Origin: Candidatus Hydrogenedentota bacterium
GTDB lineage: Bacteria; Hydrogenedentota; Hydrogenedentia; Hydrogenedentales; SLHB01
Direction: 5' to 3'
DNA length: 64,000 bases
Assembly: GCA_036789645.1 (NCBI GenBank)
Contig: DAIQLC010000023.1
Span: forward strand, 1,065-65,064
Shown here: positions 46,989 to 57,312 of the stretch, piece by piece
How the letters are laid out: each line of letters starts with the position of its first letter
How positions within the stretch are numbered: the first letter of the stretch is position 1
Position numbers and translations under genes: made by a program
The notes under the pieces: generated by a model
Told to the model about the DNA's origin: nothing
The model's database searches: none
What the model saw: only the letters and a program-made list of their open reading frames with translations

Positions 46989-49055
46989 ATGCGCATCCAC
47001 AGACTGTTCTTCGCGGGGATTCTCGGGTTCGCGGCCGCTGCGGGCGCGTTCGCCGCGACAACCGGCCAGCTCCTTGCCGATATCGCGGGCGGCGACGAGC
47101 ATGCGCGCGCGGTGGCGCGCCAAGTTCTGCCCCGGCAGGGCGTAGAGATCATCCCCAGACTCGTCCCGCTGCTCAGCCACGAAGACATGGCGGTCAGCAA
47201 GACCGCGTTCAACGTGCTCGAGGATCTCGTCAACATGGCCGGTGCGCCGGGCCGCTTCAACGACCGCCTCTTCGCCACCGCCGAGCTTCTGAAACTGCTC
47301 CAGCCCGATCAGACGCCGGCCATCAAGGAAACCGGCATGCGGCTGCTTCCGTTGATCATGCCTCCGGACGTGCCGCTCGACCCGGTGTCGGTGCTGCTCC
47401 AGGACCCGGAGCTGCGCGAAAAGGCCCGTGAATGCCTCGAACACATCGGCACGCAGGAAGCGTCTGACGCGCTGCTCACGGCGATTCCCGGCGCCGACCC
47501 GGGCTTCGCGCGCGCCCTGGCCGATGCCGCCGGCCGCATCCACGAACCATCAAGCATCGAACCGCTGCAACGCATTGCGGCCGAGCATGCCGCCCCGGAA
47601 GTCCGCGCCGCCGCGCTCCATGCCCTGGCCTGGACCGGCGACCCCGCGCTCGCCGCCCTGTTCCGCGACGTCCGCGCAAAGGCCGACGAGGCCACCCGCC
47701 TCGAATGCGAGCGTGCCTTCATCCGGCTCGCCGGGAACATGGGCCGGAAAGGCGGCAGCTGGGACTATACCCTCGCCGTGTTTGAGGAAATCCTCGCTGA
47801 AACGCAGCACGACATCATCAAACGGGCCGCCATGATGGGACTCGGCCGGTTCGGCGACGAAACCGTGGTCGATCCCATCGTTGCTGCCGCGGCGGGAGGC
47901 GCTCCCCTGGTGCAGGCGACCGTCGTCCCCGCGCTCGAACAGCTCCGGGGGCCCGCAGCCACGCGGCGCATCCTCGCCGCCTATCCGAACCTCGAGCCCG
48001 CCACCCAGCTTCGCATGATTCAGATGTTTGGCCGCAAAAACGATCCGGCGTTTCTTCCCATCCTCAAAGAGGCCGCCCTCGGCCAGGACACCGCCTTTCG
48101 CCGGGCCGCGCTCGATGCGCTGGCCTCCGCGCGCTCGGTTGACGCCCTGCCCGTGCTCGTGACCCTGGCGCGCGAAGGCTCGGAGGAAGAACGCGCCCTC
48201 GCCATCCATGCCGCTTCCAACGTCGCGGGCAGCATTGGAGGCGCGGGCGACGCTGAAGCCGCCGGAAACGCCTTCCTGGAACTCTACGCCCTCGCCGGCG
48301 ACCCCGCCGTGCGGCGTACCGCCCTGGAAGGCCTCGCACGCTATCCCGTCGCGGCTGCGCACGACACCGTCGTCTCCGCGCTTGCCGACGAGGCCCTGGC
48401 CAACACGGCACGAGCCGCCCTGCCCGGACTTTTCGGAGCGCTGGTCAAATCCGGCGCACAGGATAAGGCCCTCGAGATCTTCGACCGCGTGCTCCGCGGC
48501 GGAGCGGCCCCCGACGTCCTCGTGGGTATGGCGTCGCGCCTGCAGGGGCTTCAGACGGCGCTCGACACCACCCAACTGCTGGGCGTCGTCAAGCAGTGGC
48601 ATGTCATCGGCCCCTTCCAATGGAAAAGCGACGACGACTGGACGGCCGCCTTCGTCGGCGAGCCCGACATCACGCTCGATGGCGTATACAAGGACGGCGA
48701 CGCCGAACGCCGCTGGACCGCCGTCACCTCGGGCGACGCCCTCGGTCTGGTCGATCTCATGGGCACTATCGGTCAGTACGACCGCGTTTTTGCCTATGCC
48801 TATACGGAAATCGACGTTCCAGAAGCCACGCCCGCACAGATTCGCATCGGCTCCGACGACGGCAACGCCGTGTGGCTGAACGGCGAGAAGATTTGGGAAA
48901 ACCGCGTGGACCGCGGCACCGCGCCCGACCAGGACATAGCCCCCTGCCAGCTCCTGCAGGGCAAGAACCGCATCCTCGTCAAAATCAGCCAGGGCGCCGG
49001 CGGCTGGAACTTCATGCTCCGCGTCACCCGGCCCGACGGCACCGCACCGTGGTAG
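46989..49055 (+). CDS. Secreted HEAT/PBS-lyase-repeat protein with C-terminal beta-sandwich domain
   Basis: Signal peptide. Multiple approx 30-aa repeats (PEVRAAALHALAWTGDP..., VRRTALEGLARYP...). The C-terminal approx 150 aa form a jelly-roll-like segment. Confidence 0.65.
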   Translation: MRIHRLFFAGILGFAAAAGAFAATTGQLLADIAGGDEHARAVARQVLPRQGVEIIPRLVPLLSHEDMAVSKTAFNVLEDLVNMAGAPGRFNDRLFATAELLKLLQPDQTPAIKETGMRLLPLIMPPDVPLDPVSVLLQDPELREKARECLEHIGTQEASDALLTAIPGADPGFARALADAAGRIHEPSSIEPLQRIAAEHAAPEVRAAALHALAWTGDPALAALFRDVRAKADEATRLECERAFIRLAGNMGRKGGSWDYTLAVFEEILAETQHDIIKRAAMMGLGRFGDETVVDPIVAAAAGGAPLVQATVVPALEQLRGPAATRRILAAYPNLEPATQLRMIQMFGRKNDPAFLPILKEAALGQDTAFRRAALDALASARSVDALPVLVTLAREGSEEERALAIHAASNVAGSIGGAGDAEAAGNAFLELYALAGDPAVRRTALEGLARYPVAAAHDTVVSALADEALANTARAALPGLFGALVKSGAQDKALEIFDRVLRGGAAPDVLVGMASRLQGLQTALDTTQLLGVVKQWHVIGPFQWKSDDDWTAAFVGEPDITLDGVYKDGDAERRWTAVTSGDALGLVDLMGTIGQYDRVFAYAYTEIDVPEATPAQIRIGSDDGNAVWLNGEKIWENRVDRGTAPDQDIAPCQLLQGKNRILVKISQGAGGWNFMLRVTRPDGTAPW

Positions 49056-49240
49056 GCCGGGCCGTATCCCATGCCACAGGGCGTCCTCCGCTCGTGAGCG
49101 CCTGCCCCCGCATCGCGGGAGGGCCGCGCGTGCCCTGATGCGACTAGCGCCTGTCGTGCCCTCTTGCGTATTTCACCCACTCGGGGGGTATACTGCAGGT
49201 GTCGGGGGGGCCGGCGGTGTCGAGGGAGGGGGAGACAGCC

Positions 49241-52177
49241 ATGGGGGACGAGAACCCGGATCAAGGGTACCAGGCGGCCCAGGTTCTGTTCCAGCAGCAA
49301 CGTTATGCCGAGTCCCTCGCGCTTCTTGACCGGCTGCTAAACAGCCATCCCGGCGCGCCCGAACTCCACTACGCCCGGGCTCTCTGTCTCAGCCGGCTCG
49401 GACGCCTTGGCGAAGCGGTCCAGACCTGCGACCGCCTCATCCGCGATTTCAGGCACGAGAATGCCCAGCGGCTCAAAGTGCAAATACTGACGAGACAAGC
49501 GAGTCCGCACGCTCCGGTTGCGCGTGTGCAGGAGCCGGGCCGGTACGCACAGCCGGGAAAGGCCCGGGGCAAACCCGTTCTGCTGGGCGCGGTCGCCCTC
49601 GCCGCCGCGGTCGTGCTCATGGGCCTGGGTATGCTGCTCGGAAGGGGCACGACCGGCCCCGAAGAGCGCCGCGCGCGTGACGCGGCCACATTGCCTCCTC
49701 CGTCTCCCGCCACGACGGCCCCACCCTTGCAGAGAGGCTTCGCACTGCTCGCCTCGTCCGTCGGAAGCACGTATCATGTCGAGGACGTGGCCGCATTCGC
49801 GGAACAAGGCGGGTTCGCGCTGGTGATCGTCGACTGGGCATGGATAACTCACCACTGGGAACAGACCCGTTTCGACGAATTGCAGACGCTGGTGGCCGCA
49901 CTCCATGCCAGAGGCATCCGCACCGCCGCCATGTACCGTCCCCGCTTCCTCTCGGATCCGACCGTGCCGACGCAGACCAAAGCCGACGGCAGCAATGCCT
50001 TTTCCCACGGGTACCAGATTAACTACTTCGACCCGGCCGCCCGTCAATGGGGCATCGAATGGGGGACCAGGATTCTCAGACAGTGTCCTGTCTTCGACGA
50101 GCTGATCATCTACAACCCGCTTAATCTCGACGACAGCCCGGCAGCGCGGGAACAGCTCGCCCGGAACCCCCATGCCCGCGACGACGCGATCTGGACCTTC
50201 ATGGAAGAGGCTCGCGCGGCCTGGCAGGCGGTACGGCCGGGCATCCAGACGGGCGTCGTTGCGATGCCGTCCCCGGAGTTCTGGGAGCGCGGGAGCAACT
50301 GCTTCGATTCCGCCTATCCCTTCTTTGTGCTACGTGACCATACCCCTATCGAGGAAGAGCTGCGGAATTTCCGTGTCATGCGCACGTCGATGGGGGACAC
50401 CCTGAAAGCGGTTCTCGCCAAAGTGACCTGGGAATCCGGCGAGCGCGTTTCACCCGAGCGTCTCCGCGACTTCCAGGCCGCGGCACAAACGGAGAACATC
50501 CCGCATGTCTTCTGGACCCTGGAAACACTGGCCGACCCCGCCCGGTACAGTCCACGTGAGACGGCCGAAGCCCTCGCGGTGGATGAAGACCGGCTGGCCG
50601 CGCTATTCGCAACCGCGCCCCCGGCCCCCGCGGTGACTGTAACACGTGCGCAGGTCGACGAGCTTTTCAACACCATCGACAAGTTCGATACGAATGAACA
50701 GAAGGCAGAGAACATCAAGCGGCTGGCCGACCTTGCCAAGTCCGCGGACCCGGAAATGGCTGAATACCTTCTGCAGCAAGGACAGGACATCGTCCTGGAC
50801 ACATCCCGCGGCATCAACCAGCGCTGGATGATCTGTTACGTGCTCAGCGATTCCGGCGACGAGCGCACCGTGCCTGTCTTGAACCGTGTTTTGCGCGAGG
50901 ACCCCTCCCCCCTGGTCCGCGGGGTGGCTGCCTGCGCCCTCGGCTCGTTCAGCAGCCCTGAGGCGCTGGCCGCGCTCGAACAGGCGCCGTTGGCCGAACG
51001 CGATCCGGGTGTTCTGCGTGAGATCGCCCGGTCCCGCGAGCGTCAGGAGCAGCTCCGGACCCACGCAGGGGGCCCGGCCACAAGCGCGCCCCCGCCCGCC
51101 ACGCACGAGCCCGCGTTGACGCTGCCGTTCGACGAAGCGCGGGCCGAAAAGCTGCCCTGGCCGCATCAGTCCCCCGACATGCAGCCGGCCGACGCCGAGC
51201 GCCTGGCGCGCGACGTCTGGGTCATCAACGATTTTCCCATCTTTCAGGGCGACCAGGAAGGCAGAAACTGTTACTTTCACGCCGCCTTCGACGTTGTGCT
51301 TCCCAATGGCACCCCCATCTACGCGGTGAAAGACGGCTGGGTGAAGGCAATTCGCCATTCGACGGTCTACATCGCGGACGCCCGGGACGGCGCGCCCTGC
51401 TACGGCTGGGAGTATACCCACCTCGGCAATTTCCAGGTGCGAGAGGGCGAATTCATAAAACGCGGCGCCTGCGTTGGTGAAGTGCAGTTCGAAGGGCTCG
51501 AACACATCCACCTCGCCAACGTGTTTTCAGAAGGCCCGTACTGGGGGGCCTGGCACTATTACTGCGCGCCCAACGCCCACTTTGCCTGCACCGACACCGA
51601 GCCGCCCGTCATCGCGTCGGTCCATTTCTTCAAGAACAACACGGACGAGGCCTTCCCGATCGATGCTTCGGGATTGGTCACGGTCACCGGCGACGTCGAC
51701 ATCGTCGCCGCCATACGCGATCCGGGCGAGATGGCCCGTTCGCGAGAGAACGGGTTCGGCGACCGGCTGGGCGTCGACCGGCTCGACTATGCCATTCACC
51801 GCGCTGAAGACACAGACGCTCTTGTCCGCCGGCGCAGTTTTGAGTTCAGCCGCCTCTACATCAAGAAGGCGTACGACAATCCGGAATTCAACACCAGGCA
51901 GACCGCGCTCGTCTTTAAGCACTGGGCACTGTTCGAGGGGCACCGCGCGCGTTACGACAAGACGCTGTCCTACTACATCATCACCAATTGCGCCGGCGAC
52001 AAACCGCCCCAGACCGTCGACACCGTGGACGGCAAGCACTGCTGGCGCACGGGCGCACGCAGCGCGGAGGGCGTCCCGCTCTTCCCCGACGGGGAATATG
52101 CGATCAGCATCGAGGCCACGGATTTCGCCGGCAACCGCGCCGAGCAGACCTTCCGCGTGAACGTCAGGAATCCGTGA
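49241..52177 (+). CDS. Multidomain protein: TPR, TM anchor, glycoside-hydrolase-like TIM barrel, HEAT repeats and C-terminal M23 (LytM-type) metallopeptidase domain
   Basis: GGAGG RBS. TM segment VLLGAVALAAAVVLMGLGMLL. HEAT repeats (PLVRGVAACALGSFSSPEALAALEQA). M23 motifs HxxxD (YFHAAFD) and HxH (EHIHL) with a conserved Gly-rich core. Confidence 0.6.
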   Translation: MGDENPDQGYQAAQVLFQQQRYAESLALLDRLLNSHPGAPELHYARALCLSRLGRLGEAVQTCDRLIRDFRHENAQRLKVQILTRQASPHAPVARVQEPGRYAQPGKARGKPVLLGAVALAAAVVLMGLGMLLGRGTTGPEERRARDAATLPPPSPATTAPPLQRGFALLASSVGSTYHVEDVAAFAEQGGFALVIVDWAWITHHWEQTRFDELQTLVAALHARGIRTAAMYRPRFLSDPTVPTQTKADGSNAFSHGYQINYFDPAARQWGIEWGTRILRQCPVFDELIIYNPLNLDDSPAAREQLARNPHARDDAIWTFMEEARAAWQAVRPGIQTGVVAMPSPEFWERGSNCFDSAYPFFVLRDHTPIEEELRNFRVMRTSMGDTLKAVLAKVTWESGERVSPERLRDFQAAAQTENIPHVFWTLETLADPARYSPRETAEALAVDEDRLAALFATAPPAPAVTVTRAQVDELFNTIDKFDTNEQKAENIKRLADLAKSADPEMAEYLLQQGQDIVLDTSRGINQRWMICYVLSDSGDERTVPVLNRVLREDPSPLVRGVAACALGSFSSPEALAALEQAPLAERDPGVLREIARSRERQEQLRTHAGGPATSAPPPATHEPALTLPFDEARAEKLPWPHQSPDMQPADAERLARDVWVINDFPIFQGDQEGRNCYFHAAFDVVLPNGTPIYAVKDGWVKAIRHSTVYIADARDGAPCYGWEYTHLGNFQVREGEFIKRGACVGEVQFEGLEHIHLANVFSEGPYWGAWHYYCAPNAHFACTDTEPPVIASVHFFKNNTDEAFPIDASGLVTVTGDVDIVAAIRDPGEMARSRENGFGDRLGVDRLDYAIHRAEDTDALVRRRSFEFSRLYIKKAYDNPEFNTRQTALVFKHWALFEGHRARYDKTLSYYIITNCAGDKPPQTVDTVDGKHCWRTGARSAEGVPLFPDGEYAISIEATDFAGNRAEQTFRVNVRNP

Positions 52178-52271
52178 GTGCAGGCTCCGGGCACTGGCAG
52201 GGGCCATCCCGTCCCGTCCTGGATGCCCGCAATGGAACCGCGAGACGCCTGCGCGGCACGGGCACCGACGC

Positions 52272-54791
52272 TCATTCCACCACCCGGTACTCCATCAGCA
52301 GCGACCCCGGGGCTTCTTCGATACGCGCATCGAAATTGGCGAGCTCGGCCCCTGTCATCCGGACGGGCGCCTCGGGCACATACCCGCGCGACACGGTGAC
52401 GTCGTATTCGGCGTCGGGACGAATCCCCCGCAGAGGACACGCGAAACCGGTGTAGGGCGACGCGGGCCGCCGGAACGCCAGCACCATCCCCTCGCCGGAG
52501 CCGGCAAGATGATACTGCATCACCAGCCATGCGGAGGGCTCGATCGAGACGTCGGACAGCGCATAGAAATCGCCGGGATAGTACTTCCGAATGCGTTTCC
52601 CCTCGGCAATTGCCGCGGCGAGCTGGTCACGCGGATAATCCGCCGCGCGGATGTCTTCGCTGAACGCCATACCTCCGTTGAACCCGCTGCGGAACAGGTA
52701 CGGCGTCACGCCCATCTGGCCACTGGTGTGGAACGGCAGGTACCGGTTCAGTCCGGCGGTGATGACCTGGTTGCGCAGGGCCGCCTCCGCGTAGTTCTTC
52801 TCCAACAGCGGTATGATGGTGCCGTCGGTCCGCCACAGGGGGATGGACCGCGCACACAATTCGAGATCGATGCGCTGCCCGCCCGAGGCGCAGTTGTCGA
52901 TGAACAGGCCGGGATGGGCGGCCAGGAGATCGTCCCACATGCGATAGAGCCCCTCGACGTACCGTACTTCGTCGATGCCCGCACGGTCCGGGTCCCGTTC
53001 ATCGAGAATCCCCCACAACACATCGTAATCCACCGCATTGTCGATGCGCAGGCACTCGATGCCGTACGCGTCGATAGCGGCGTTCAGGTACTCCGTCGCG
53101 TACTGCCGGGCCTCGGGAATGGCCAGATTGATCATGCCGCCATGCCCCATGCGCTCCGGCGGAGGCATCACCACCCATTCGGGATGCTCCTGGTCCATCA
53201 AGGACCCCGGGGAGATGCGCTCCGGCTCGAACCACAACAGGAACTTCATGCCGGCGTCGTGGGCGGCCCTCGAAATCGGCGCCAGCCCGTTCGGGAAGCG
53301 GTTCTTGTCGACTTCGCGGTCGACGGGCAACACGTAATGCCCGATGACCGGAAAGCGGGTGATGCCGCGGTACGCGTCCAGCCAGAAATATTCGAACCCC
53401 AGGCCTTTGGCGGATTCGAGATGCGCCATCACGTCGGCCTCGGTGCCGTCGTCCATCTCGTAGAACGAGGTGCTCATGTGCGCGATCGGCGGCACAACGG
53501 GCTGTCCGTCAATCTTCGGCATGATATGGCGCAGCATCACCTGCCGGAACGCGTTATAGCCGTACCAGACATCGTCGCCCTGCCAGTAGACCTGCAGGAT
53601 ACGCGGCCCGCGCACCGTTTCGCCGGGTCTCAGCTTCGCGCGGAACTTCTCGAGGCCCGCCTGAAGCCGAAGGGTCTGGCCGCTGTGCTCGACCGAGGCC
53701 GTCCAGCGCCCCGTCCAGCCAATGGCCGTGACCACGCCCCCGCCCTGCCACGCGCAGGTGAAAAACGGCGACGCGCCTTTCGACGACCGCCCCGACTGCG
53801 GCTGAATCGTGACCGCGTGTCCGTCTGCGACCCCCTGTGAGAAGGGACGCCAGTCGGTCGCGCCTGCGATGCTCCCTTCGAGCTGGTGCAGCACCGGTTC
53901 CGCGACGTCCGGGATCACGACATCCAGCGAACGAATTGCTTCGAGCACCGGCGAATCCGCAGTGCCGGTATTGGTGAAGTAGAGCGTCCAGTCCACCCCC
54001 GGTACATCGGTATACAGCGTGCAGACGGCGCGCACTTCGAGGCCCGTGGCCGGATCGCGCAGGGTCAGTGTGCGCGTGCGCGGCCCGTCTCCCGGCGCCG
54101 GGCCGTCCACCGACTGTTCCCACGCGCTCAGCAATTCCGAGGAGGGCTTCCCGCCATACACAAACGAAAACGGAGGCCGATCGAGGTACGACGGAGTGAA
54201 ATCCAGTTCGTCGAGCCACAGGACGGCGCCGCTGGCGAGCGTCACCCGTGCATCGCCCCAGTCTCCCTGGTCGAAGTACCGGTTGTCGCCGCCGGTGTCG
54301 ACCACCAGGTCGAACTCTTGCGCGCCGCTCAACGGAACCTCGATGGATTGCACCGGATCGCCCGGGCGCATCACCTCCGTCTCGAAAACCGTCTCACCGG
54401 CCACGAGCACCTGGAACCGCACCGAGGCGGCGCTCCCGTCGACATTGCGGTCGAGCCCGATGTCCGCGGCGAATTCCCGGGCCGGCTCCGCAAGGCTCAC
54501 CCGCAGGACGCTGTGGGAATTGACGCCGATGCCGTGTTCGTAGACCCGCTCGCCCAGGCGCAACGGGCCCCCGAAATTACAGCGCCGGAGCTTGGTCTCT
54601 CCGGCGCCGTCTTCATGAACCACCACCAGCCGGTTGCGCGGCGTCCTGTCCGGAGTGCGCGCCGCGAACGCGCGTTCGGCCCACGCGATGGTGCGCTGCG
54701 CGTCCGCGGCGTAATCCGTCGCGGCCGCCGCACCGCCGCCCGCAAGAACCGCTGCGATCCCCAGACCCACGCAAAGCACGACACCACGCAT
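52272..54791 (-). CDS. Secreted NPCBM-domain + GH36-like (alpha-galactosidase/melibiase superfamily) glycoside hydrolase
   Basis: Signal peptide. N-terminal NPCBM-like segment (GIGVNSHSVLRV...ADIGLDRNVDGSAASVRFQV). TIM barrel with IDNCASGGQRID resembling the GH36 CxSGGGRxD motif. Confidence 0.6.
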   Translation of the reverse strand: MRGVVLCVGLGIAAVLAGGGAAAATDYAADAQRTIAWAERAFAARTPDRTPRNRLVVVHEDGAGETKLRRCNFGGPLRLGERVYEHGIGVNSHSVLRVSLAEPAREFAADIGLDRNVDGSAASVRFQVLVAGETVFETEVMRPGDPVQSIEVPLSGAQEFDLVVDTGGDNRYFDQGDWGDARVTLASGAVLWLDELDFTPSYLDRPPFSFVYGGKPSSELLSAWEQSVDGPAPGDGPRTRTLTLRDPATGLEVRAVCTLYTDVPGVDWTLYFTNTGTADSPVLEAIRSLDVVIPDVAEPVLHQLEGSIAGATDWRPFSQGVADGHAVTIQPQSGRSSKGASPFFTCAWQGGGVVTAIGWTGRWTASVEHSGQTLRLQAGLEKFRAKLRPGETVRGPRILQVYWQGDDVWYGYNAFRQVMLRHIMPKIDGQPVVPPIAHMSTSFYEMDDGTEADVMAHLESAKGLGFEYFWLDAYRGITRFPVIGHYVLPVDREVDKNRFPNGLAPISRAAHDAGMKFLLWFEPERISPGSLMDQEHPEWVVMPPPERMGHGGMINLAIPEARQYATEYLNAAIDAYGIECLRIDNAVDYDVLWGILDERDPDRAGIDEVRYVEGLYRMWDDLLAAHPGLFIDNCASGGQRIDLELCARSIPLWRTDGTIIPLLEKNYAEAALRNQVITAGLNRYLPFHTSGQMGVTPYLFRSGFNGGMAFSEDIRAADYPRDQLAAAIAEGKRIRKYYPGDFYALSDVSIEPSAWLVMQYHLAGSGEGMVLAFRRPASPYTGFACPLRGIRPDAEYDVTVSRGYVPEAPVRMTGAELANFDARIEEAPGSLLMEYRVVE

Positions 54792-54845
54792 GGCCCAGTT
54801 TCTCCGCGCGCTCATGCGCTTCCGGACACGCCGCCAGCGCCGCGC

Positions 54846-55751
54846 TTATTGCGCGACGAGTTGCTCGACGAATTCGCGCGCGCGTTTCGCCTCGGCCAGC
54901 AATTGCGCTTCGTCGCCGGGCTTGAGGCACTCCACAACCAGCGCGCCTTTCGTGAACCCGCCCTGCTTGAGCCGGGCCAGCACCTTCGCGAAGTCGACCA
55001 TGCCGTCGCCGGGCGTGACCGCGACTTCCTTGGGATGCACGTAATCCTTCACGCACATGCCCACGACCAGGCCGTCCACCGTCGCGGCATCGTCCACGGG
55101 GCTGAGCGCGCCATCCGAGTAGTAATAGATGTTGCCCGGGTCGTACCAGATCCGGAAATTCTTGTGGCCCACGGTCTCCTCGACGGTCTTGCGGCACTGG
55201 GGCCCCGTCGCATTGAGCCCGCCATGGGGTTTCACGCTGATCCCGATGCCCTTCTCCGCGGCGTAGTCGCAGGTCTCGGCGATCGCCTGGTAGTAGAGCG
55301 CGTACAGCGTCTCGTCTCCGATGCCGCCCATCAGCAGGTTTTCGGCCTTCACGATGGCGCAGTTGTCAATGAGCGTACGCATGCCCGCGATGCCGGCCTC
55401 GAGCGATTCGTTGACCGGAATGCCCCCGCCGTATACCGACGGAACCTGGAGCCCGCGTTTCGCGCATTCTTCGGCGACCTGCTGGGCCTCTTCCGGCGTG
55501 GTCTTGACTGAAACGACCAGGTGGGTATCGTTGTTGGTCGTCATCAGCCCCGCATACTTGTAACCGGCCGCCGCGATGGCGTCGAGCGCCACGCGGTAGT
55601 CCAGTTTGTCCCACGGGCGGGTATAGATGCCGATCTTCCACGGGCCGCCGGCTGGGGATTCGGCCGCTGAGGCCCCCAGCGCCACGGCCGCAAGACCGGC
55701 CGCTCCGAACTGGGCGGAGCGGCCGAGAAACTCGCGTCGAGTGCTTTTCAT
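54846..55751 (-). CDS. Sugar-phosphate isomerase/epimerase (xylose-isomerase-like TIM barrel) with twin-arginine signal
   Basis: RREFLGRSAQFGAAGLAAVALGASA TAT motif, 301 aa. Its first 63 codons are duplicated at 59116-59304. Confidence 0.85.
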   Translation of the reverse strand: MKSTRREFLGRSAQFGAAGLAAVALGASAAESPAGGPWKIGIYTRPWDKLDYRVALDAIAAAGYKYAGLMTTNNDTHLVVSVKTTPEEAQQVAEECAKRGLQVPSVYGGGIPVNESLEAGIAGMRTLIDNCAIVKAENLLMGGIGDETLYALYYQAIAETCDYAAEKGIGISVKPHGGLNATGPQCRKTVEETVGHKNFRIWYDPGNIYYYSDGALSPVDDAATVDGLVVGMCVKDYVHPKEVAVTPGDGMVDFAKVLARLKQGGFTKGALVVECLKPGDEAQLLAEAKRAREFVEQLVAQ

Positions 55752-55790
55752 AGTGCGATGTCCTTCATCGTAAACCCTGTTTGTGACAGA

Positions 55791-57041
55791 TCAGGCGCTG
55801 CGCATTTCGCGCTTGTCCGCGTCGTAGATCTGCCGCTGGCCGGTGTTGCAGGCCCGCATGGCCAACAGCACCGCGACGGCGTGCTGGTACCCGGCATCGA
55901 GCGACGCGTTCGGGGTCTCGCGGCTGCGCAGGCACTGGAGCCAGTCCAGGAAGTGGTCCGCGCGCTCGACAGGCGCCACGTCCTGCTTTTCAAAGGTCTC
56001 GCCCTTGGCCGTATTGATTCCGTCCGACGTCAGCACGGGCTGATTCCAGTTCTGGCAGTCCAGCACCGCGGTGTCGCCGAAGAACTTGAAGGAGTTCCCG
56101 CTGCCGTTGCCGAAATGGGTCGAATACGACACCATGAATCCTTCCGGGTACTCCCACAGGGCGTGCACATGGTCATGGCACGTGAAGTTGTAATCGTCCT
56201 TCCACGTGTAGGTCCCGCCCATGCAGACCGCCGACGTCGGGAACGCCGCCCCCGTGATGTAGTGGACCAGATCGATGAAATGGCTGCCCAGCCCCGGCAC
56301 CGGACCGTCCGAGAAGTCCCGGTAACCGTACCACCCGGAATACTGCGCGGCACTGAACGGCCGCGGCTCGCGGTCCGCCAGAAACTCGTTCCAGTCCACA
56401 TCCGCCTCGTTGACTTCCTTCACGTAGGAATACCAATACGGCTGGGGGGCGTTGCGGCACTGTTCGATGCGTCCCACGGTGCCCAGCTTGCCGGACCGGT
56501 AGACTTCCCGCGCGCCGGTCATGCTGGCCATGCTGCGCAACTGGGTGCCGGCCTGGAACACCACGCCATTCGCCTTGACCGCGTCGCAGGCGGCCTTGAG
56601 CTGGTCGAAATCCATGGCCAGGGGCTTTTCGCAGTAGATGTCTTTCTTCGCCTCGGCCGCGGCCTTCATGTGGGTGGTGTGCAGGTGGTCGCACGACGCA
56701 ATCATGACCGCGTCAATATCTTCCAGGGCGACCAGATCCCGGTACGAGACAAACTGGCGGGCTTCACGGCCGTACCAGCTCTTGGTGTCCGCCGCGGCCC
56801 GCTCGCGGTTCACCTTCCAGGGATCGCAGACCGCGGTGATTTCGACGTTCTGCTCTTCAGAGTAGCGGTGTATGTTGGTCATGTGGGCGTTGCGGCCGCG
56901 TTCGCCGCAGCCGATGATGCCGATGGAAATGCGCTCATTCGCGCCCTTGATCCGCGCGTAACTCGCGGCGCTCATACTGATCGCCGCCGCGCCAACGGCG
57001 GCGTTGCGAAAAAACTGACGACGGGTCGTGCCTTGTGACAT
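55791..57041 (-). CDS. Gfo/Idh/MocA-family oxidoreductase with twin-arginine signal (copy 1 of 2)
   Basis: AGGAGG RBS. MSQGTTRRQFFRNAAVGAAAISMSAA TAT motif. IGIIGCGERG Rossmann, EKP motif. Identical to 59344-60594. Confidence 0.85.
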   Translation of the reverse strand: MSQGTTRRQFFRNAAVGAAAISMSAASYARIKGANERISIGIIGCGERGRNAHMTNIHRYSEEQNVEITAVCDPWKVNRERAAADTKSWYGREARQFVSYRDLVALEDIDAVMIASCDHLHTTHMKAAAEAKKDIYCEKPLAMDFDQLKAACDAVKANGVVFQAGTQLRSMASMTGAREVYRSGKLGTVGRIEQCRNAPQPYWYSYVKEVNEADVDWNEFLADREPRPFSAAQYSGWYGYRDFSDGPVPGLGSHFIDLVHYITGAAFPTSAVCMGGTYTWKDDYNFTCHDHVHALWEYPEGFMVSYSTHFGNGSGNSFKFFGDTAVLDCQNWNQPVLTSDGINTAKGETFEKQDVAPVERADHFLDWLQCLRSRETPNASLDAGYQHAVAVLLAMRACNTGQRQIYDADKREMRSA

Positions 57042-57312
57042 GGGATGACCTCCTGTTCTTTGTCTTGGCCGGCAAACGGTCTTATCATACCGATTCATCG
57101 GCCAAAGTAAAAGCGCGCGCACAACACAGGTCTCGCCATGCCATCCCGCCGGTTCAACAACAAGGTCCGGCTCTCGCCAAAAGAAAGGCGCGGCCACACT
57201 GCTTATGACCGCGCCACCACACGAGGACTTTTGTCTCGGGCTCGACCCGTCCGTCACGCCGACGCCTCCGGCCTGTCGCGACACTCAAAACGAGGTCCGG
57301 CAGGCGCGTTTG

